A DNA stretch of 64,000 nt from Candidatus Multivoradales bacterium (GTDB lineage: Bacteria; Acidobacteriota; Thermoanaerobaculia; Multivoradales; JAHEKO01), in the NCBI GenBank assembly GCA_965223855.1, contig CBDCXM010000009.1:1696001-1760000 (forward strand), written 5' to 3'. A program made the position numbers and the translations under genes. Shown here one piece after another: positions 45,286 through 55,081 of this stretch. Every line of letters begins with the position of its first letter. The first letter of the stretch is position 1. Under the pieces are notes generated by a model. The model did no database searches. It was not told the DNA's origin and saw nothing but the letters and a program-made list of their open reading frames with translations.

Positions 45286-47292
45286 ATGAGACCGACCCGC
45301 GCCTTTGCTCTGCTCCTCGCCGCGGTCGTTGCGCCGGCCGCCGGCGACGGCCGGCTGGAGACGCTCTTCTCGCACGCGGCCGAAGTGACCGTCGAGGGCG
45401 AGGGGCTGGCGGCGCTCTCGCTGCCGCTGGACGTGATCTCGAGCTGCCGGCCGGATCTCTCCGACGTGCGGCTCGTCGATGGCGAAGGGCGGGAGGTGCC
45501 CTATCTGGTCGACTCCGGCGTCGCGCCGGAGCGGAGCCTCGAACGGCTGGAACGTCTCCAGCTCGAAGTGCTCGAGGTCGCAAGATCCACCGAGACGAGC
45601 GACACGGCGCCGCACGTGAGGAGAGAGACACTGCGCCTCCGGATCCCCGACGAGGCACGAAGCGGCGCCTGGGAGCTCGTCCTCGAGACCGGCAGCGCGG
45701 CTTTCGTGCGGCGGGTCGAGGTGAGCGAGCTCCCTTCGGACGACCGCGAGCCGCGATCGTCAGCCGGCTCGGTCTTTCGTCTGCCGGCTTCGGGTCTCGA
45801 GAACCTCTCTGTCGCGCTCGGGCCGCTCGAAGGGGAGAAGCTGCTCGTGGACATCTCGGGACAGGAGGAGTTCTGGCTGTCGCCGACGCCGGTACTCCTG
45901 CGGAGCACCGAGCTGGCCGGTCGCGCCCGGCTGCGGGCACCGCTGGCGATTCTCGAGCGCTCGGAGCACGACGGCCGCACCCGGCTGATCCTGGAGCGCC
46001 CGCGTGGGCTGGTGGCCGATCGGCTGGTCGTCGAGACCTCGACGGCGACCTTCCGCCGCGCGGTCCAGGTCCACGACGAAGGGCCGGGAGGGGAGGGGAG
46101 GATCGGCTCCGGCGAGTGGATTCGCGTAGAGGCCTTCTCGCCGGCTGAGCAGCTCGAGGTAGACCTCGCGCGTGCTGCCGGCGACCGGCTGCGGGTCGAG
46201 ATCGAGAACGGCGACAGCCCACCCCTCGAAGGGCTGACGATCCACGCCGAGGTGCGCCAGCCGGCACTCGTCTTCTCGGCTGCTGCCGGCGCCGAGCGCC
46301 TGCTCTTCGGTGGAGGCCGCGCCCACCGGCCCGCCTACGATCTGGCCCGCCTGTCGCCGCGGCTGCCGGCCGGTGGCAGCGAGGCCGACCTCGCCCTGCG
46401 CCTGCGCGACCGGGAGCGGCTCGCCACCGTGGCTCTGGGCCCTCTCGCTCCCAATCCCGACTTCGACCCGCAGCCGGCGCTCGCCTTCGCGATGGCGCCC
46501 GGGGCCCGGCTCGACCCGGCCGGCTACAGCCACCGGCAGGTGATCGATGCGGAGCCGTCGGCCGAGGGGCTCAACCGGGTCGCGCTCGACGTCGCGCTGC
46601 TCGCCCACGCGCGCACCGACCTCGCCGACCTTCGCGTGGTCGACGCCTTCGGTCTCCAGCGACCGTTTTTGCTCGAGCGCCCGGGCACGCTCGAGCGGTG
46701 GTCGCTCGGTCCCGAGGACAGAGTCACCGAGGGCGGCTCCACCTCCTACGAGCTCACGCTGCCGGTCCGGCCGCTGCCGGTCGAAGGGCTGACACTCTCG
46801 ACACCGGAGCCGTTCTTCGACCGCGACTACAAGGTGTTCGGCGCCGTCGATGAGGACGAGGAGGTCGTGGCGACCGGCCGGTTGGCGCGGCAGCTGGGAG
46901 ACGTCGCCCCGGTGACCGTGCCCCTACCTGCGCGGAGATGGGCCTCGCTCCGCCTCGAGGTCGAGGACGGCGACAACCCACCGCTCGCCCTCGAACAGGT
47001 GGAGGGCTCGGCGCGCCTCCCGGCGCTCTACTTCCCGGCTCCGCCCGGCCGCTACCACCTCCTCGCCGGCCAGGCGGACTCAGCCGCGCCGCGCTACGAG
47101 CTGGAGCGGGTCCGCGAGGTGGTGCTCGCAGTGTCGGCGGGCTCTGCGGAGTCCGCCGCGGTCGAGCCCAACCCCGACTATTCGCCGAAGCGGTGGGGGA
47201 GCGGCGACTTCGCCCAGACCGCGCTCCTGTGGGCTGCGATCGCCGCTGCCGTGCTGTCGCTCGCCTGGATGACGGTACGGCTGAGCCGCTAG
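45286..47292 (+). CDS. DUF3999-like exported protein with internal duplication and C-terminal membrane anchor
   Basis: Signal peptide; DLxDxRxxD and IENGDSPPL/VEDGDNPPL motifs occur twice; C-terminal TM; adjacent to DUF2339. Confidence 0.72.
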   Translation: MRPTRAFALLLAAVVAPAAGDGRLETLFSHAAEVTVEGEGLAALSLPLDVISSCRPDLSDVRLVDGEGREVPYLVDSGVAPERSLERLERLQLEVLEVARSTETSDTAPHVRRETLRLRIPDEARSGAWELVLETGSAAFVRRVEVSELPSDDREPRSSAGSVFRLPASGLENLSVALGPLEGEKLLVDISGQEEFWLSPTPVLLRSTELAGRARLRAPLAILERSEHDGRTRLILERPRGLVADRLVVETSTATFRRAVQVHDEGPGGEGRIGSGEWIRVEAFSPAEQLEVDLARAAGDRLRVEIENGDSPPLEGLTIHAEVRQPALVFSAAAGAERLLFGGGRAHRPAYDLARLSPRLPAGGSEADLALRLRDRERLATVALGPLAPNPDFDPQPALAFAMAPGARLDPAGYSHRQVIDAEPSAEGLNRVALDVALLAHARTDLADLRVVDAFGLQRPFLLERPGTLERWSLGPEDRVTEGGSTSYELTLPVRPLPVEGLTLSTPEPFFDRDYKVFGAVDEDEEVVATGRLARQLGDVAPVTVPLPARRWASLRLEVEDGDNPPLALEQVEGSARLPALYFPAPPGRYHLLAGQADSAAPRYELERVREVVLAVSAGSAESAAVEPNPDYSPKRWGSGDFAQTALLWAAIAAAVLSLAWMTVRLSR

Positions 47293-47305
47293 CCTGGCGA
47301 GCCGT

Positions 47306-47905
47306 CTACTCTGCGGCGTCCGGCTCGGTGCGGGCCTCGTCGGGAGCGGCGAACAGCAGCCCCTCGACCTCGCCGAGGATGCCGAGCAGTTCGTGCACCC
47401 GCTCCTGCCCCTCGCCCTCGGGATAGGTGTAGGTGAGGGTCAGCGGCCGGCTCGAGTCGGTCGGGTGGAGGGCGAAGATCCAGGTCTGCTCCTCGCGCCC
47501 GCCGTCGGCGTCGTCGGAGCCTGCGTCATAGGAGCCGCGCGAGTAGTAGGCCGGGCCCCACGGCGTGCCGAGCTCGCGCGAGCCGTTGTAGTTCCCGCCC
47601 GGCTTCGCCCGGAAGGCGTCGCCGCGCTGCTGCACCGCCGCCTGCAGGTTGAGTCCGTTCTCCGGCGGCCCGACGGCGAACTCGAGAAGGCCGCCGGTCT
47701 CGTGGCTGGTGGTGAAGGCGAGTCTCTCGGCGCTGTTGGCGTCGAGGACGAACGGCTCCGGTACATGGGCCAGGGCGAGCCCCATCGCGGGGTTCTCGAT
47801 CCGCTCGCCGCCTGCCGCGACCGGAGTGCTCTCCTGGCGGGCGCAGCCGGCGGCCGCGAGCACGGCGACGATCGCTGCGACGGTAACGAGAGATGGGCGC
47901 TTCAT
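47306..47905 (-). CDS. Hypothetical lipoprotein
   Basis: Lipobox AAGC; coupled to the pntB stop. Confidence 0.7.
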   Translation of the reverse strand: MKRPSLVTVAAIVAVLAAAGCARQESTPVAAGGERIENPAMGLALAHVPEPFVLDANSAERLAFTTSHETGGLLEFAVGPPENGLNLQAAVQQRGDAFRAKPGGNYNGSRELGTPWGPAYYSRGSYDAGSDDADGGREEQTWIFALHPTDSSRPLTLTYTYPEGEGQERVHELLGILGEVEGLLFAAPDEARTEPDAAE

Positions 47906-49332
47906 GACGCCAGGTCCTTGAGTTCCTTGACGAGGTCCTGCAGCACCTTCTTGGCGTCGCCGAAGATCATCATCGTGTTGTCCTGTTCGAAGAGGGTGTT
48001 CTTGATCCCGGCGTAGCCGGCCGAGAGGCTGCGCTTGACGACGATCACCATCCGGCTGTCGGCGACGGTGAGGATCGGCATGCCGTAGATCGGGCTCCCC
48101 GGCTCGGTCTCGGCGGCCGGGTTGACGACGTCGTTGGCGCCGACGACGAGCACCACGTCGGTGGTCTTGAACTCGGGGTTGACGGTGTCCATCTCGAGCA
48201 GCAGCTCGTACGGCACGTCCGCCTCGGCGAGCAGCACGTTCATGTGCCCCGGCATCCGCCCCGCCACCGGGTGGATCGCATAGGTCACCTTGACCCCGCG
48301 GGCGGTCAGAAGATCGGCCATCTCGCGCACCGTGTGCTGCGCCTGCGCGACGGCGAGGCCGTAGCCGGGGACGACGACCACCGACTCAGCGTCCTCGAGC
48401 GTCAGCGCCGCCTCTTCGGCGCTGAACGAGCGGACGTTGACGTACTCGCTGTCGCCGCCGCCCGAGTCGTCGTCGCCGAAGTCGGCGAAGAGCACGTGGC
48501 CCAGCGTGCGGTTCATCGCCTTGCACATCACCTGCGTGAGGATCAGCCCCGAGGCGCCGACCAGGGCGCCGCTGATGATCAGCAGGTTGTTGTTGAGCAC
48601 GAAGCCGGTCGCCGCCGCCGCGACGCCGGAGAGCGAGTTCAGAAGCGAGATCACCACCGGCATGTCGGCGCCGCCGATCGGCAGCACCAGCAGGATGCCG
48701 AAGACGAGGCCGACCGCCGTCAGGGCGAGCCCCGCCGCCGCCACCGGGCCCGGCGCGCCGGCGAAGAACGTCAGGAACACCCCGGCGCCGATCGCCACGA
48801 GAGCGATCGTCGAGTTGATCGCGTTGCGGGCGCCGAGCCAGGCGGGGCGCCCGCGCAGCTTGCCGGAGAGCTTGGCAAAGGCGATCAGGCTTCCCGACAG
48901 CGTCACGGTGCCGATGAGAATCGACAGGAAGGCGGTCAGCGCGTTCGAGCCGCCGAGGATCGCCGCCGGCGTGCCGTCGCGCCCCGGCTCGACGATCGTC
49001 AGCCACAGGATCGCCAGCGCGACGAGGGCGGAGGCGCCGCCGCCGAAGCCGTTGAAGAGCGCCACCAGTTCCGGCATCGAGGTCATCTCGACCTTGAGCG
49101 CGGCGAAGGCGCCGACGATCGCGCCGACGGCGAGGCCGGCGAGGATCCAGCGGTAGTCGATCGCGCCGAGCTCCACCAGGGTCGCCACGACCGCGATGAG
49201 CATCGCCACCGCCGAGGTCAGGTTGCCGCGCCGCGCGGTCTTGACCTTGGTCAGCCCCTTGAGGCCGAGGATGAAGAGCACGGCGGACGCCAGATAGAGG
49301 AGCGGCACCGCCTGCTGCAGCCAGCCGTTCAT
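47902..49332 (-). CDS. pntB: NAD(P) transhydrogenase beta subunit
   Basis: MPELVALFNGFGG, IGGADMPVVISLLNS, PGYGLAVAQAQ, HPVAGRMPGHMNVLLAEA. Confidence 0.97.
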   Translation of the reverse strand: MNGWLQQAVPLLYLASAVLFILGLKGLTKVKTARRGNLTSAVAMLIAVVATLVELGAIDYRWILAGLAVGAIVGAFAALKVEMTSMPELVALFNGFGGGASALVALAILWLTIVEPGRDGTPAAILGGSNALTAFLSILIGTVTLSGSLIAFAKLSGKLRGRPAWLGARNAINSTIALVAIGAGVFLTFFAGAPGPVAAAGLALTAVGLVFGILLVLPIGGADMPVVISLLNSLSGVAAAATGFVLNNNLLIISGALVGASGLILTQVMCKAMNRTLGHVLFADFGDDDSGGGDSEYVNVRSFSAEEAALTLEDAESVVVVPGYGLAVAQAQHTVREMADLLTARGVKVTYAIHPVAGRMPGHMNVLLAEADVPYELLLEMDTVNPEFKTTDVVLVVGANDVVNPAAETEPGSPIYGMPILTVADSRMVIVVKRSLSAGYAGIKNTLFEQDNTMMIFGDAKKVLQDLVKELKDLAS

Positions 49333-49622
49333 CGCTTGTCTTTCTTGCCGCCGAACATGCCGAGCATCCGGTCGGTGACGAGGAACCCGCCGACGACGTT
49401 GATCGTCGCGCAGGCGATCGCCGCGGCCCCGAGGATGCTCGACAGCTTGACGTCACCGAAGCGGGCGACGGTAAGCGCCCCGACCAGGGTGATGCCCGAA
49501 ACCGCGTTGGCCCCCGACATCAGCGGGGTGTGGAGCGTCGGCGGGATCTTGTTGATGATCTCGAAGCCGACGAAGCAGGCGAGGACAAAAACATACAGTC
49601 CGATGAGGAGAACTCCCATCAC
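49329..49622 (-). CDS. pntAB: NAD(P) transhydrogenase alpha subunit part 2
   Basis: LHTPLMSGANAVSG...INVVGGFLVTDRML. Confidence 0.95.
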   Translation of the reverse strand: MMGVLLIGLYVFVLACFVGFEIINKIPPTLHTPLMSGANAVSGITLVGALTVARFGDVKLSSILGAAAIACATINVVGGFLVTDRMLGMFGGKKDKR

Positions 49623-50782
49623 TCCTCCTCCGTGGTGGCGACGCCGAGCGCTTCGGCGACCCGTGTTTCGACGACCTGTCCCCGGTGGGTCACCAGGGCG
49701 GCGCCGGTGATCTCGTCGTCGGTGTCGATTTCGACGCCCTCCTCTCCCGTCAGGTGCTCGACCAGCGCCAGCAGGTTGCGCGAGTAGACGCGGCTGGCGT
49801 CGAGCGGCACCGTGGCCGGCAGGTTGATCGGCCCGAGGATCCGCACCCCGCCGTGCTCGACCTCCTGGCCCGCCTCGGTCAGCTCGCAGTTGCCACCCTG
49901 CTCGGCCGCCAGATCGACGATCACGGCGCCCGGCTTCATCACCTCCACCATCTCGCGACGCAGCAGCACCGGCGCCTTGCGTCCCGGCACCTGCGCGGTC
50001 GTGATGACGGCGTCGGCACTCTCGAGGTGGCGGGTAAGGATCTCGCGCTGGCGGGTGAGGAAGTCCTCGCCGACCGCCTTGGCGTAGCCCCCCTCACCGG
50101 AACCGCTCTCCATCTCCGGCAGATCGATGAAGCGTCCGCCGAGCGACTCGACCTGCTCCTTGACCTCGGGCCGGATGTCGGAGACCTCGACGATCGCGCC
50201 GAGCCGCTTGGCGGTCGCCAGCGCCTGCAGGCCGGCGACGCCGCCGCCGAGGATGACGAAGCGCGACGGGCGGATCGTGCCGGCGGCGGTCATCAGCATC
50301 GGCACGTAGCGCACCAGCCGCTCGGCGGCGACGAGCACCGCCTTGTAGCCGCCGACGTTCGCCTGCGACGACAGCGCGTCCATGCTCTGCGCGCGGGTGA
50401 TCCGCGGCACGAACTCCATCGCGATCGAGCTCACGCCAGCGGCGGCGAGCCGCTCCATGCGCTCGAGGTTGGCGAACGGGTCGAGCAGGCCGATCAGGAG
50501 CGCGCCGTCGGCGAGCCGATCGAGCTCGTCGCCGTCGCCCCAGTCGCCGGGGCCGGCGACCTTGAGGACGACCTCGGCGTTCTTCCAGCCGTCGTCCGGC
50601 GAGGCCTCTAGGCTCGCGCCGGCTTCGCGAAAGGCGTCGTCGCCGATCAGTGCGCCGTTGCCGGCGCCCGCTTCGACGGTGACCTCGAAGCCGAGGTCGG
50701 AGAGCTTCGAGACGGTCTCTGGGGTGGCGGCGACGCGCTGTTCGAACGGACGCCGTTCCTTCGGAATGAAGAGTCGTGTCAT
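49619..50782 (-). CDS. pntAA: NAD(P) transhydrogenase alpha subunit part 1
   Basis: EQRVAATPETV, PRITRAQSMDALSSQ, GGGVAGLQA, DLAAEQGGNC. Confidence 0.95.
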   Translation of the reverse strand: MTRLFIPKERRPFEQRVAATPETVSKLSDLGFEVTVEAGAGNGALIGDDAFREAGASLEASPDDGWKNAEVVLKVAGPGDWGDGDELDRLADGALLIGLLDPFANLERMERLAAAGVSSIAMEFVPRITRAQSMDALSSQANVGGYKAVLVAAERLVRYVPMLMTAAGTIRPSRFVILGGGVAGLQALATAKRLGAIVEVSDIRPEVKEQVESLGGRFIDLPEMESGSGEGGYAKAVGEDFLTRQREILTRHLESADAVITTAQVPGRKAPVLLRREMVEVMKPGAVIVDLAAEQGGNCELTEAGQEVEHGGVRILGPINLPATVPLDASRVYSRNLLALVEHLTGEEGVEIDTDDEITGAALVTHRGQVVETRVAEALGVATTEEE

Positions 50783-50856
50783 GAGTTCCGGGTCGGAAAA
50801 AGAAGGTGGGCTGCGGGGAATCGCATCGTAGCGTCGGGGCGCTACGATAGGCAATC

Positions 50857-51504
50857 GTGACGGGTCGATTCATCACTTTCGAGGGGCCGGACGGGAGCGG
50901 CAAGAGCACCCATCTCGCCCGCGCCGCCGAGAGGTTGCGCGCGCGCGGCGAAGCGGTCGTCTGCTCGCGCGAGCCCGGTGGTACGGCGCTGGGTCGGGCG
51001 CTGCGGCAGGTGTTCCTCGACTCGCCGTGGGACGAGCCCGACGGTGCGGTCGAGGCGCTGCTGCTCTTCGCCGCCCGCCGCCAGCATCTGCGCGAGGTGA
51101 TCGAGCCGGCACTCGCAGACGGGCGATGGGTGCTGTGCGACCGCTTCACCGACTCGACCCTCGCCTACCAGGGTTACGCCCGCGGCGGCTCGATCGAGCG
51201 GCTGCGCGAGCTCGATCGCTGGGCGACCGGCGGCCGGCGCCCCGATCGCACTCTGCTCTTCGACCTCCCGGCCACGATTGCCCGCAGCCGCGGCCAGTCG
51301 GAAGACCGCCGGACGAGCGAGAAAGGGGTCAACCGCCTCGACGTCGAGAAGATCGACTTCTACGAGCGGGTCCGCGCCGGCTACCTCGAGCTCGCCCGCC
51401 TGGAGCCGGAACGGTTCGCGATCATCGATTCGCGAGGCTCGGTCGAAGAGACGGCGCGTCAGGTCGAAGAGGCGCTCGACGCCTGGATGGCGGTGGCACC
51501 GTGA
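50857..51504 (+). CDS. tmk: Thymidylate kinase
   Basis: FITFEGPDGSGKST, REPGGT, DRFTDSTLAYQG. Confidence 0.96.
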   Translation: MTGRFITFEGPDGSGKSTHLARAAERLRARGEAVVCSREPGGTALGRALRQVFLDSPWDEPDGAVEALLLFAARRQHLREVIEPALADGRWVLCDRFTDSTLAYQGYARGGSIERLRELDRWATGGRRPDRTLLFDLPATIARSRGQSEDRRTSEKGVNRLDVEKIDFYERVRAGYLELARLEPERFAIIDSRGSVEETARQVEEALDAWMAVAP

Positions 51505-51517
51505 AGACGGAAACTCG

Positions 51518-52336
51518 ATGAACCTCGAGGCGGCGAGAGAGATGGCCGTGCGAGGGCGGCTCTACCCTTCGGTGATCCTCCACGGCGCTACCGAAGAGGC
51601 GCGCAGGGAGGCGGCGCTCGAGCTCGCTGCGCGGCTCCTGTGCGAGCGGCCGGGGAGCGACGAGGAGGGGGAGTGCCGTCACTGCCGGCGCCTGCGCTGG
51701 CCGGGAGAAGGGGAGGGCTTCCACCCCGACTTCGAAGTGCTCGAGCGCGACCTCAAGACGGCGACCTCCGTCGAAGCGACCAAGGCGTTCCTGCTCAAGG
51801 CCCAGGTCACGCCGTTCGAAGCGCGAGGGCAGGTGTTCGTCGTCGCCGCTGCCGACACTCTGAGCGAAGAGGCGGCGAACGCGCTCCTCAAGAGCCTCGA
51901 AGAGCCGCATCTCTCCTCGCCGCGCCACTTCCTGCTGCTGGCGCCGTCGCAGTTCGACCTGCTGGCGACGCTGCGCAGCCGCTCGATGGCGGTCTTCCTC
52001 GGCGCCGACCCGCGGCCGTCGGTGGAGGAGTTGAGCGCCAGCGTCGAGGCGTTCTCGAACGCCGTCACCGCCTACGCCCGCTCGAGCTCGAGCGCCGACC
52101 TGCTGGCCGCCGCCGCGGTCCTGTTCGAGGCGGCGGAGTGGAAGGACGCCCGCGCCGGCGAGCCGTGGACCCGCACCGCGGCGATCGTCCGCCACGCCGC
52201 CGACACCCTGCCGGCCGAGGCGCGGCGAGCGGCGATGGAACTCGCCCTCGACCTGCTGGACGGCATCCGGCTGCGCCTGCGCGGAGTGCCCGCCCGACGC
52301 ATTCTCGACGGCCTGACCTTCGAACACCTCGCCTGA
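51518..52336 (+). CDS. holB: DNA polymerase III delta-prime subunit-like protein
   Basis: CxxC followed by HPDF, AANALLKSLEEP, LLATLRSR; immediately after tmk. Confidence 0.8.
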   Translation: MNLEAAREMAVRGRLYPSVILHGATEEARREAALELAARLLCERPGSDEEGECRHCRRLRWPGEGEGFHPDFEVLERDLKTATSVEATKAFLLKAQVTPFEARGQVFVVAAADTLSEEAANALLKSLEEPHLSSPRHFLLLAPSQFDLLATLRSRSMAVFLGADPRPSVEELSASVEAFSNAVTAYARSSSSADLLAAAAVLFEAAEWKDARAGEPWTRTAAIVRHAADTLPAEARRAAMELALDLLDGIRLRLRGVPARRILDGLTFEHLA

Positions 52337-52357
52337 CCGGCGCTGACTGGAAGAGCG

Positions 52358-52966
52358 CTACACGAACCAGGAGGCGGCCGTGAACCGGTCGCCGTGGAGC
52401 ACCGGCTGCACCTCGTGCACCGTCTCCGCCGGGAAGGTCACCAGCAGCCCGGGCTGGATCGCCACCGGGAAGCCGCGCTCCGCCAGCCGCGGGTCGTCGA
52501 AGAGGCCGTAGAAGGTCAACGCACCGCCCCCGAACGCCCCCTCCTCCGGCTCCGCCGTCACCCGGTTGAGGAACAGCACCGCCGACACCCGCCGCGGGCT
52601 CGACACCGTGTTGGTCCTGGCCTTCGGGCTGCGATCGCGATGCGCGGCGTAGAAGTCGCCGGTCGAGTAGTGGAGGAACTGAGGCTCCTGCACCGTCTCG
52701 AGCTCGACGCCGTAGTGCGCCGCCAGATCCGGCCGGATCGCCTCCAGCCTCTCGACCAGCTCCTCACGCCGTGCCGAGGGCACCTCCACATTCCTGACCT
52801 TCCTGACCTTCTCGTCGACTCCGAACTTGCCGCCTGCACCGAGCACGGTGCCGAGCTCCGAGGCGTGAGTCCTCAACTCCTCGCACACCTCGGCGCACCA
52901 TGCCTCGGGCGCGAACCCCTCGACGACATGGAGGCCGGCATTGCGGAAAAAGTCGGCGGGAAGCAT
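52358..52966 (-). CDS. 2OG-Fe(II) oxygenase (prolyl-hydroxylase-like)
   Basis: HRD facial motif, FGGGAL, HEVQPV...RF. Confidence 0.88.
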   Translation of the reverse strand: MLPADFFRNAGLHVVEGFAPEAWCAEVCEELRTHASELGTVLGAGGKFGVDEKVRKVRNVEVPSARREELVERLEAIRPDLAAHYGVELETVQEPQFLHYSTGDFYAAHRDRSPKARTNTVSSPRRVSAVLFLNRVTAEPEEGAFGGGALTFYGLFDDPRLAERGFPVAIQPGLLVTFPAETVHEVQPVLHGDRFTAASWFV

Positions 52967-53057
52967 GCAGGGAGTATCCCCCGCGGCGGCGCACCGGGCA
53001 ATCGCCAGTGGGTGTTCGGGACGCCCCGCAGGGACGATTCTGCTCCCGGAGTTCAGG

Positions 53058-55081
53058 CTAGGGGAGGTAGCCGAGGCTCCTCAGCCGTTCCTCGACCTCG
53101 GGGTCCAGCGCCGGCGACTCGTCGCCAGCCGCGCCGAGCCGAGTGAACACCTCCGCCGCCCTCGCGAGATGCTCGTCGAGCAGCCGCTCGCCTTTGTCCA
53201 CGATCTCGGGTCGTTCACTCGCGACGTTGCTGCGCTCTCCGGGGTCCGAGCCGAGGTCGTAGAGCTCGCTCTGGCCTGTCGTCCGCGATCGGATGAGCTT
53301 GAAGCCGTCGAAGACGACCGCCTCGAGCGGCGAGCCGATGTCGTTGCCCGTGGCGAAGACGGGAGCCGCGACGGCACCTCCCTCCCAATGAGGCGCGAGT
53401 GAGGGAGCGGCGGCCGCCGTCAAGGTCTCCGCCACCCCGGCCACGTCGAGGATCGTGGCGGCGACACTCGCGGTCGAGACGGGCTCGCGGACCCGGAGGC
53501 GCTGCCCGGAGTGAGGCGGCTTGACGACCAGCGGCACTCGTATCAGCTCGTCATAGAGCGAGTGGCCGTGCCAGTTCGATCCGTGGTCCCAGAACTCCTC
53601 ACCGTGGTCGCTCGTGGCGACGACGAGGGCCTGGTCGAAGACGTCGAGATCCCGTAGTCCGGCGACCAGGCGTCCCAGATTGTCGTCGAGGTAACGGACC
53701 TCTCCGTGGTAGAGGTCGGAGAGCCACGCCTTCTCGTCGGCGGTCACCTGCCGCTTGCCGTGGTGGACGTCGAACGCCTGGTAGGCGAGCCGGGGATCGA
53801 AGCCCGTCTCCTGCGCCGACGGCGCGAACGGCTCGGGCGGTGTGTAGGGATCGTGAGGGTCGAGGTAGTGAAGCCAGAGGAAGAACGGCTGCTTCCCGTT
53901 GAGCCGGACCCACTCGAGCGCGAAGTCGGTGAGGTCGTCCGTGCCGGCGTCGAAGTAGTCGTTCTTCTCCACCAGCAACGAGACGAGTCGGGAGCCGATG
54001 CTGCGATAGCGAGCCATCGGGAACAGCAGAGTGTCATCGAACCCGCGGTCGAGCGCGGAAGCCTCGATCCAGGGGTTCGATCCGATCGCAGCCGTCCGAT
54101 AGCCCGCGGCGCGGAGGAGCTCCGCCAGGGTCGGGAGTGCCTCGGGCAGGGTCGCTCGCCGGTCATGCGATGGGCGGACTCGGGCAGGCCGGTGAGGAGT
54201 GAGCCGAGCGCCGGCACCGTCCATGGAGCGGAGAGTAGGCACGTCGAAGACGACACTCCCGGCGGCGAGAGCGTCGAAACCGGGGCTGCTCTCAGCGCCG
54301 GGGTGAAGGGTGCCCAGCGAGTCCCATCGGAGGGTGTCGACAGAGACGAGCACGATCGAGGGGGCGGAGGGGGTCCGCTCGTCGCTCTCTGTCGACCCGC
54401 TGATCGGACCGATGCTGGTCCGCGCCGCACCGAGGAAGGGAGCGAGGGCAACGACTCCCGCGGCCGTCCACGCGCCGGCGTATCGCAGTCTTCGCGAGTC
54501 TGACGTCAGGGTGACGATGCCTGCTGCCCCCGACAGCACCAGCGCCGCGATCGCCACTGGCAGGGCGTCGAACGTCCCCGCGCACGAGCCAGGCGATCAG
54601 GAAGACGGCACCCATGCAGAGGGCGAGCGTTCGTGTCGTTCTCGACGATCCGCCCTCGAGACCCGCGGACCCGGCTCGACAGGCGACGATCGCGAGGAGG
54701 ATGCTGACGACGGCGACGATCGCGCCGATGCCGATCGCTGTTGGAGTGAGGCGAAGCGGCTGGTCCGGTCGAGTGGCCTTGAGAGCGATGAGAGCGACAA
54801 AGGGGATCGCTACGACCGCGAAGGCGGCTGTCGCCGCACCCCGTGGGTGAATCCCGCCGTTTCGCCTGAACAAGGCGGGCGGCTCCGGCGAGCAGAGCGA
54901 TCGCTGCGGCCACGAACGGCACACCGCCGAGCAGGAAGGGATGCATCGGCCGGGCACTGCCGGAGATGAGGAGAGCGATGGTGCCGTCGAGCGCCCCCAG
55001 AGAGATGGCGAGAGCGGGAGCTGCCGCCAGGACTGACCCGGCCGCGGAGCGCGGATGGCTCCCCGGCTGCCCGGCGATCAC
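53058..55081 (-). CDS. Membrane-anchored sulfatase-like (alkaline phosphatase superfamily) protein, multiple apparent frameshifts
   Basis: Pieces in three frames: N-terminal TMs, IVLVSVDTLR, APWTVPALGSLLTG, LHYLDPHDPY, TSDHGEEF..HG, VPL, ELYDL..DPGE, LRSLGY. Confidence 0.8.

Noticed and set aside
49329-50782. Split pntA as a frameshift or pseudogene
   Set aside because: The alpha1/alpha2/beta three-subunit organisation is a known natural form of the transhydrogenase.
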